Shown: positions 58,524-64,000 of the stretch, one piece after another
Position numbering within the stretch: the first letter of the stretch is position 1
Layout of the letters: each line of letters opens with the position of its first letter
DNA from: Rhodocyclaceae bacterium
Lineage (GTDB): Bacteria > Pseudomonadota > Gammaproteobacteria > Burkholderiales > Ga0077523
Length of the DNA: 64,000 bases
Assembly (NCBI GenBank): GCA_020248405.1
Contig: JADCHQ010000023.1
Span: 5,579 to 69,578, forward strand
Direction: 5' to 3'
The notes under the pieces: model-generated
Databases searched by the model: none
What the model saw: the letters and a program-made list of their open reading frames with translations, nothing else
What the model was told of the DNA's origin: nothing
Translations under genes and position numbers: made by a program

Positions 58524-58853
58524 TCAGTGACAGGCGCAGTTGGTGCCGCAGGCCGCCGCCGCGGTGCCGCCGCTGTCGCTGGCGGCAGTGCCGCTGCTGG
58601 TGCCGGCATCGGACGCGGCGGACTTGCCGCCGTCGGCGCCCGATTCGGTCTTGGCCGCCGGCTTGGCGCCGTTGTTGCGGAAGTCGGTGGCGTACCAGCC
58701 GCTGCCCTTGAGCTGGAAGCCAGCCGCCGAGATGAGCTTGGTCATGGACGAGTTGCCGCAGGAGGGGCAGACGCTGATGGGCGCATCGCTCACTTTCTGG
58801 AGAAACTCCTTCTCCAGGCCGCAACTGCCGCAGCGGTATTCGTAGATGGGCAT
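58524..58853 (-). CDS. FmdB-family zinc-ribbon protein
   Basis: MPIYEYRCGSCG...CPSCG is a CxxC...CxxC ribbon. It is followed by a low-complexity tail ending in CGTNCACH. Confidence 0.85.
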   Translation of the reverse strand: MPIYEYRCGSCGLEKEFLQKVSDAPISVCPSCGNSSMTKLISAAGFQLKGSGWYATDFRNNGAKPAAKTESGADGGKSAASDAGTSSGTAASDSGGTAAAACGTNCACH

Positions 58854-59020
58854 GATATCCCCCGGAAAATGAAGGCGAATTATAGACGGCCACGCGGCAC
58901 CCCGCGCGTTTTGCGCAAGTATGGGCGGGGAGCGGCCGCCTCAAGAGGCCCCTTCCACCGCGGCGCCGCGCCCGGTAGCCTTCCGGGCCGCCTTCAACCG
59001 CCCTCTCCGGCCCTGCCGCC

Positions 59021-59794
59021 ATGCTAAATCCCACCCGCTGGCCCTACCCTCGCGTCATCGCCCACCGGGGCGGCGGCGTGCACGCGCCCGAAAATACGCT
59101 GGTGGGCGTCCGCGTGGCGGGCTCCCTGGGCTTCGGCGGGGTGGAGTTCGACGTGCGGCTGGCGCGCTACGCGGTGCCGGTGTTGATGCATGACGACACG
59201 CTAGAGCGCACCACCAGCGGCGCGGGACCGGTGGGCGAGCTCGATGCCGCCGAGTTGCGCGCCCTGGACGCTGGCAGCTGGTTCGGCAATGAGTATGCGG
59301 GTGAGCACGTGCCCACCTTCGAAGCCGCCAGCGCGCTGTGCCGCGGGTTGGGCCTGTGGGCCAACGTGGAGATCAAGGCCGAGGGCCCGGATGAGGCGGC
59401 GGAGGCCGGCCGGGTGATCGCCGGCCAGGCGGCGAGGCTGTGGCGCACGGCCAGCCCGGCGCCACTGCTGTCTTCCTTCTCCGAGGAAGCCCTGGCAGCC
59501 GCCCGGGAGGCGGCGCCCGACCTGCCCCGCGCGCTGCTGGTGCACGCTGCGCCGGCGGACTGGCGCGAGCGGTTGCTGGCCCTGGGTTGCCGGGCCCTGC
59601 ACTGCCACCACGAGACGGTGACGCCGCCGCTGGTGGCGGCGCTGCACGAGGCGGGGTTCGGCCTGCTCGCCTACCCGGTGAATGCCGTGGGCCGCGCGGT
59701 GCAGCTCTTCCAGATGGGCGTGGATGCGGTGGTCACCGACGAGCTGCGCGACGTGCGCCCCGACCTGCCGGCGCAGTTCGGGATCGCGGGTTAG
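59021..59794 (+). CDS. Glycerophosphodiester phosphodiesterase (GDPD family)
   Basis: VIAHRGGG..APENTL and GVEFDV...HD are the GDPD catalytic motifs. Confidence 0.85.
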   Translation: MLNPTRWPYPRVIAHRGGGVHAPENTLVGVRVAGSLGFGGVEFDVRLARYAVPVLMHDDTLERTTSGAGPVGELDAAELRALDAGSWFGNEYAGEHVPTFEAASALCRGLGLWANVEIKAEGPDEAAEAGRVIAGQAARLWRTASPAPLLSSFSEEALAAAREAAPDLPRALLVHAAPADWRERLLALGCRALHCHHETVTPPLVAALHEAGFGLLAYPVNAVGRAVQLFQMGVDAVVTDELRDVRPDLPAQFGIAG

Positions 59795-59822
59795 CGAAGC
59801 CCGCGCGGCGCGCGCGGCGCAG

Positions 59823-61502
59823 TCAGTCCCGCCCTGACCGGAAGATGGACCACATGATCCACAGGCCATTCACGGCGGCGATCAGGAAACCCAGCAGACC
59901 GAACACCGGCAGGCCGAGCAGCTCGGGGCCGCCCTTCACCGTCATGACGATGGAGGAGCCCACGATGAGGGCGGCGGTCACCACGCCGAGGGTGAGCCGG
60001 TTGCTGCTGCGGTCGAGCTGGCGGCCGAAGTGGTCGAGGCGCTTCAGATCAAGCTCGATCTTCATGCGGCCGCGGCGGGCATCGCGCAGCAGCCGCGACA
60101 CGTCGCCGGGAAGGCCCTGCAAGGCGCTGATCACCGCCGAGAGACTGTGCTGCACGCGCTTGGCCAAGGCGCCCGGCTGGTAGCGGTCGAGGATCACAGC
60201 GCGCACGAAAGGCCGCAGGTGATCCACCAGGTGGAACTCGGGATCGAGCTGCCGGCCCAGGCCCTCGACGGAGATGAGGGCCTTGAACAGCAAAGTGAGG
60301 TCGGACGGCAGCACGATGTGGTGGTCGCGCATGATGGCGGTGATGTCCGAGAGCAACTGGCCGAGGCGGATTTCCTGCAGCGACAGGTGCTCGTAGGTGA
60401 ACACCAGCTCGCCCAGATCGTTGGCGAGCCGCGCCTCGTCCACGTCGACGGAGGCGGTCCAGTCCAGCAGCACTTCCATCATGCCCTGCTCGTCTCGCCG
60501 GGACAGGGCCGCGAGCAGGTCCACGATCTGGTCGCGCCGGCTGGGCGACAGCCGCCCGGTCATGCCGAAGTCGATGATGCACAGCCGGTTGCCAGGCAGG
60601 TAAAAGACGTTGCCAGGGTGCGGATCGGCGTGGAAGAAACCGTCGCGCAGGATCATCTTCAGCACCGCATCCGCACCGCGGCGGGCGAGGATCTTGCGAT
60701 CGAGGCCAGCGCGCTCCACCAGCTCCAGGTCGTTGCCCGGCACGCCCTCCACGTAGTCCTGCACGTTCATCACGGCGCTGGTGTGCTGCCAGTGGATGCG
60801 CGGAATGACGATGGTGGGGTCGCTCGCGAAGTTGTGCGCGAAGCGGTCCTGCCCGCGCGCTTCGGCGGCCAGGTCGAGCTCGCGATTGAGCGAGCGCCCG
60901 AACTGGGCCACCATCTCCACGGGCTGGAAGCGCGCCAGTTCGAGCAGCTCGGTCTGGGCCACGGCGGCGATGTAGCCGAGGATGCGCAGGTCGGCGTCGA
61001 TCTTGGTGCGGATGCCCGGGCGGCGAATCTTGAGCACCACCGCCGTGCCGTCGGGGAGCCGGGCGCGGTGCACCTGGGCGATGGAGGCGGCAGCATGGGC
61101 TCGTTCGTCGAGGTCGCGGAACACCTCATGAGGCGACGCCCCCAGCGCTTTCTCCAGCTCCGGCAGCAGCTCGGCGAAGGGCACCGGCGGCACGGCGGTC
61201 TGCAGCTTCTCGAACTCGGCGATCCAGTCGGGGGCGAACAAGTCCACGCGAGTGGCAAGCACTTGGCCTAGTTTCACGAAGGTGGGCCCCATGGCCTCGA
61301 GGGCCATGCGCACGCGCACCGGCGGGTCGAGCCCCGCCAGCGCGGGATCGCGGCCGCCCACCAGCAGTTCTCCGGCGCGCTCTAGCACGCTCACGGTGCC
61401 CGAGCGGTTCACGGCATCGCCAAAACCGTGGCGCACCAGGATGCCGGCCAGCTCGCGCAGGCGCGGCAGGTCCCGCATGGCGTGGAGAGTTTCGAGCAGC
61501 AT
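59823..61502 (-). CDS. ABC1/UbiB-family atypical kinase with C-terminal TM helices
   Basis: FVKLGQVLATRVDLF, AAASIAQVHRA, FFHADPHPGN and IDFGM are ABC1 kinase-fold motifs. There are two C-terminal TM segments. No ubiE/ubiJ gene is adjacent. Confidence 0.8.
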   Translation of the reverse strand: MLLETLHAMRDLPRLRELAGILVRHGFGDAVNRSGTVSVLERAGELLVGGRDPALAGLDPPVRVRMALEAMGPTFVKLGQVLATRVDLFAPDWIAEFEKLQTAVPPVPFAELLPELEKALGASPHEVFRDLDERAHAAASIAQVHRARLPDGTAVVLKIRRPGIRTKIDADLRILGYIAAVAQTELLELARFQPVEMVAQFGRSLNRELDLAAEARGQDRFAHNFASDPTIVIPRIHWQHTSAVMNVQDYVEGVPGNDLELVERAGLDRKILARRGADAVLKMILRDGFFHADPHPGNVFYLPGNRLCIIDFGMTGRLSPSRRDQIVDLLAALSRRDEQGMMEVLLDWTASVDVDEARLANDLGELVFTYEHLSLQEIRLGQLLSDITAIMRDHHIVLPSDLTLLFKALISVEGLGRQLDPEFHLVDHLRPFVRAVILDRYQPGALAKRVQHSLSAVISALQGLPGDVSRLLRDARRGRMKIELDLKRLDHFGRQLDRSSNRLTLGVVTAALIVGSSIVMTVKGGPELLGLPVFGLLGFLIAAVNGLWIMWSIFRSGRD

Positions 61503-61561
61503 GGCGCGATTGTGCGCGCGGCGGCGGCGGCGGTGCTGTCAGGGCACCGCGCCGGGAGCCC

Positions 61562-62698
61562 TCAGGTGCTGGCGGCGCCGCCGGGGCGCGAGGGCGCCAG
61601 GGCCAGCGAGCCGAGGCCGAGCAACAGCACCACGAATCCGATCCACGGCCCGACCCAGGGAATGCGCGCAGCCAGGGCCAGGGCCGCCAGCGCCAGGGCA
61701 AAGGCCAGCGCACGCGGCCGCAAGCCCGCAGCACCCGGTTTGAAGCGCGCCAGCGAGGCGTCACCCAGCGCCACCACGCCAGCCAAGTAACCCACCACCA
61801 GCAGCGGAAAGTACACGGCCAGCGCAACCAGCCCGATGGGAATGCCGATGACGGTGACCATGAGCAGGATCGCGCCCATGGGGATGCCCACCAGCAGGGC
61901 GAAGCCCAGTCCGGCGCTGGCCAGCGGCCGGGAGGTGACGCCTGCCGCGGCCCGGCGCGACAGCTGCGGGAACAACCCCAGCGTCAGCAAGCCCAGCAGC
62001 AGCAGCCCGAGAATCCAGGCAGCGAAGAGCACCCCGCCCACCACCTGCTTGGCGCTGTCCGGCATCGCGGGCGCCTCCACCACTTCGTGGCGCACGCCAC
62101 CGGCGATACGGGCGCCCTCGGTCACCCGTGGTGGCGAAGGCGAACGCACGATCAGCGCTCCGCCGATGCGGGCCCGCGGACCCACCTCCACCTCGCGCCC
62201 GGCGACCAGCACGTCGCCCGCGGCATCACCGTCGAAGCGCACCATGCCGCCGGCGAGATAGAGCGCCGCCGCGGCCGTGCCGTCGAAGCGCACCTTGCCG
62301 CCAGCCACGGCGCTGTCGCCGCCAAAGCGCGCGGTGCGCCCCACCGTCACCTCGCCCCCCACCAGCCGCGCCGATTCCGCCACGGTGGCGTCCACGCGCA
62401 GGCTGCCGCCCGCGGCGTACAGGTCCTGGCCTACCCGCGCCCGGGCGTCCACCGTGCCCCCGGCCAGCACCGCATCGCCGCCCACGTCCGCGCCGAGCAC
62501 CACGGCGCCGCCCGCGGCGATGGCATCGCCGGCACCGGGCTTGTCCAGTTCCACACGCCCGCCTGCAGCGTAGCGATCGGCGCCGACGGTGCGCTCCGAG
62601 GCGCGGTCGTCACTGTCCCACCCGCGGTCGTCGGCCCAGACCGCGGACAGCAGCGCGAGGCAGGCAAGGCCCGCCGCCAGCCGCCGCGGAAAGCCCAT
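61562..62698 (-). CDS. Exported bactofilin-like beta-helix repeat domain fused to a polytopic membrane domain
   Basis: The ATG at 62698 is the start. It has signal peptide MGFPRRLAAGLACLALLSAVWA. About 200 aa follow of the repeats AAGG-V-L / VGGD-V / AGG-V-F, which resemble the polymer-forming (bactofilin/DUF583) fold. It ends with 4-5 TM helices. Confidence 0.55.
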   Translation of the reverse strand: MGFPRRLAAGLACLALLSAVWADDRGWDSDDRASERTVGADRYAAGGRVELDKPGAGDAIAAGGAVVLGADVGGDAVLAGGTVDARARVGQDLYAAGGSLRVDATVAESARLVGGEVTVGRTARFGGDSAVAGGKVRFDGTAAAALYLAGGMVRFDGDAAGDVLVAGREVEVGPRARIGGALIVRSPSPPRVTEGARIAGGVRHEVVEAPAMPDSAKQVVGGVLFAAWILGLLLLGLLTLGLFPQLSRRAAAGVTSRPLASAGLGFALLVGIPMGAILLMVTVIGIPIGLVALAVYFPLLVVGYLAGVVALGDASLARFKPGAAGLRPRALAFALALAALALAARIPWVGPWIGFVVLLLGLGSLALAPSRPGGAAST

Positions 62699-62706
62699 GG
62701 GCCTGT

Positions 62707-63111
62707 TCAACGGGCGTGCCCGCCCTGGTCGAGCATGCGGTCGCGGGCCTTGAAGTACTTGCGGGCGTAGGCCACCAACTGGCCGTCGGAGGGGTGGTCC
62801 ACCGTTTCCACGCCCATCACCTTGGGCTCCATGACGTGGTCGTGCTTGTGGATGTGGCGGATGAGCTCGAGCTTGGCGCTGCCCGGCCCCACCACCAGGA
62901 TCTCGTGCGCACCCTGGAGCAGTTCCACCACCTTGTGCAGGTAGTCGGCGGGCGCGCCCACGTGGCCGGAGCCCACCGAGCCGCGCTTGTGGTGCATGTG
63001 GGGATGGGCATTGCCTGCGTGGGCGACGAACTTCTCCACGTCCTCGGGGGTGAAGTGGAACACATGGGCGTCGGAGTGATCGATCCAGACCACCGCGTGG
63101 AAATGAGACAT
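62707..63111 (-). CDS. His-rich conserved hypothetical protein (134 aa)
   Basis: The sequence is MSHFHAVVWIDHSDAHVFHF...HPHMHHKRG...HIHKHDH. I recall similar proteins being annotated vaguely (translational-machinery / release-factor-like fold), but I cannot verify that. Confidence 0.5.
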   Translation of the reverse strand: MSHFHAVVWIDHSDAHVFHFTPEDVEKFVAHAGNAHPHMHHKRGSVGSGHVGAPADYLHKVVELLQGAHEILVVGPGSAKLELIRHIHKHDHVMEPKVMGVETVDHPSDGQLVAYARKYFKARDRMLDQGGHAR

Positions 63112-63161
63112 GGATTTGCCTTTTTTGGGTTGTCGTCGTTGCGGGGATGGGCGCGGGGCAG

Positions 63162-63797
63162 CTACTTCTTCGGCTGGCCATACTGCGCCAGCGTCTCGGA
63201 CATGGCGGCGAGAAAGCCGCTGGCGGCCTGGGCCATGCGTTCGCTCATGAGACGCGCCGCTTCCACGCTTTCGCGTGCGCCGTCGCTAGCCGCGCTGGCC
63301 ATGCGCTGGGAAAATTCGGTCATGGTACGCGCTACCACGCCCCCGGTGTCGGTGCCGACGCGGGCGGCATGGGCGAGGATCTCCTGAGTTTCGGTGCGCA
63401 CCCTTCCGCCCACTCGCTCAGCGGCGCTTCCCATGGCAGACAGCAGATCGCCCTCCATGTGCTTGAGCCCCTCCATCGTGCCGCGCAGTTCGGTGTCGTT
63501 GAAATCGCGCGCCCGGGCGGCGAGATCCTGCATGGCGAGCTGGGTGGCGTGGGCAGACTTGGTGAAGGCCTCGTCCATGCCCTTGAAGGCCTCGTCCAGC
63601 GCCTGCTTCATCTCAGCACCGCGCTTCTCGGCGCCGGTGGCAACGCCCTCGGACATGTCGCGCATCACCTCGCGCATGGCGTCGAAATCGAGCCTGCGTG
63701 CCCGGATGGCGGCCAGGGTGAGATCGCGCACCCGGGCGCGGATGTCGTCGCCGGCCATGGAATCGGCCGCGGCGGACTTCAGGGTTTCGTCGGCCAT
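63162..63797 (-). CDS. All-helical hypothetical protein (211 aa)
   Basis: An Ala/Glu/Arg/Met-rich sequence with predicted amphipathic helices and no TM segment or signal peptide. It is the first gene of a three-gene same-strand cluster. Confidence 0.5.
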   Translation of the reverse strand: MADETLKSAAADSMAGDDIRARVRDLTLAAIRARRLDFDAMREVMRDMSEGVATGAEKRGAEMKQALDEAFKGMDEAFTKSAHATQLAMQDLAARARDFNDTELRGTMEGLKHMEGDLLSAMGSAAERVGGRVRTETQEILAHAARVGTDTGGVVARTMTEFSQRMASAASDGARESVEAARLMSERMAQAASGFLAAMSETLAQYGQPKK

Positions 63798-64000
63798 GAG
63801 AGGCTCCTCGCGAAGGGGTTTGTCACGAGGTCATTGTGTCGCCGCGGCGAGGCGCGGCGCTTGATTCAGGTCAACGGGGCTGAAGCCAGCCTCCAGCGGC
63901 CGGGCGCCGGCGGCAGGCCCGCCGGCCAGGGTGCCTCAGGCCGCCTGCTCCAGCGGAGGCTCGGCCCGGTCCTCGGCGGCGAGATGGGCATCGCCGCGCC

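Noticed and set aside
1-64000. I looked for CRISPR arrays, rRNA and tRNA genes, integrases, and recognisable phage-defence genes (restriction, Cas, retron RT, toxin-antitoxin pairs).
   Set aside because: I saw no spaced short repeats, no rRNA- or tRNA-like sequences, and no proteins with nuclease, RT or NTPase defence signatures. The only repeats are the two ~250-bp mini-element copies and the GW-tail codon repeats.

Overview
High-GC (about two-thirds G+C by eye) proteobacterial chromosomal segment. The gene content and the FmdB-DUF502-aspS-nudB-SRPBCC-lipoprotein-EEP-clsB block suggest a betaproteobacterium, which is inference only. I can support about 55 protein-coding genes. I saw no rRNA, tRNA or CRISPR array. 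Most of the window is ordinary core or accessory metabolism and transport: a twin ABC-2 permease exporter, ald, pxpBCA, lutABC plus IclR, a P-type ATPase, a czcCBA-type RND efflux operon with a divergent two-component system, an ABCB exporter, NhaP2, clsB and aspS. Two regions stand out. (1) 11.2-21.2 kb holds a six-gene, translationally coupled, fully exported alpha-2-macroglobulin operon of the E. coli yfaA-yfaT-yfaS-yfaQ-yfaP / P. aeruginosa mag type. Here the macroglobulin has an intact CVEQ thioester motif, the DUF2135 gene is tandemly duplicated, the DUF1175 protein has an NlpC/P60-like Cys/His signature, and the DUF2300 protein has a SpoIID-like segment and a C-terminal HExxH. (2) 47.0-50.2 kb is a visibly lower-GC islet. 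Two diverged ~250-bp copies of a miniature element encode only the N-terminus of an IS200/RAYT-type Y1 transposase, cut at the HUH motif, and one copy has perfect 17-bp terminal inverted repeats. The copies bracket an orphan secreted-protein gene. The RND adaptor gene also carries an in-frame TAA. Every functional call rests on motifs and remembered family signatures read from the translations. No database search was possible.
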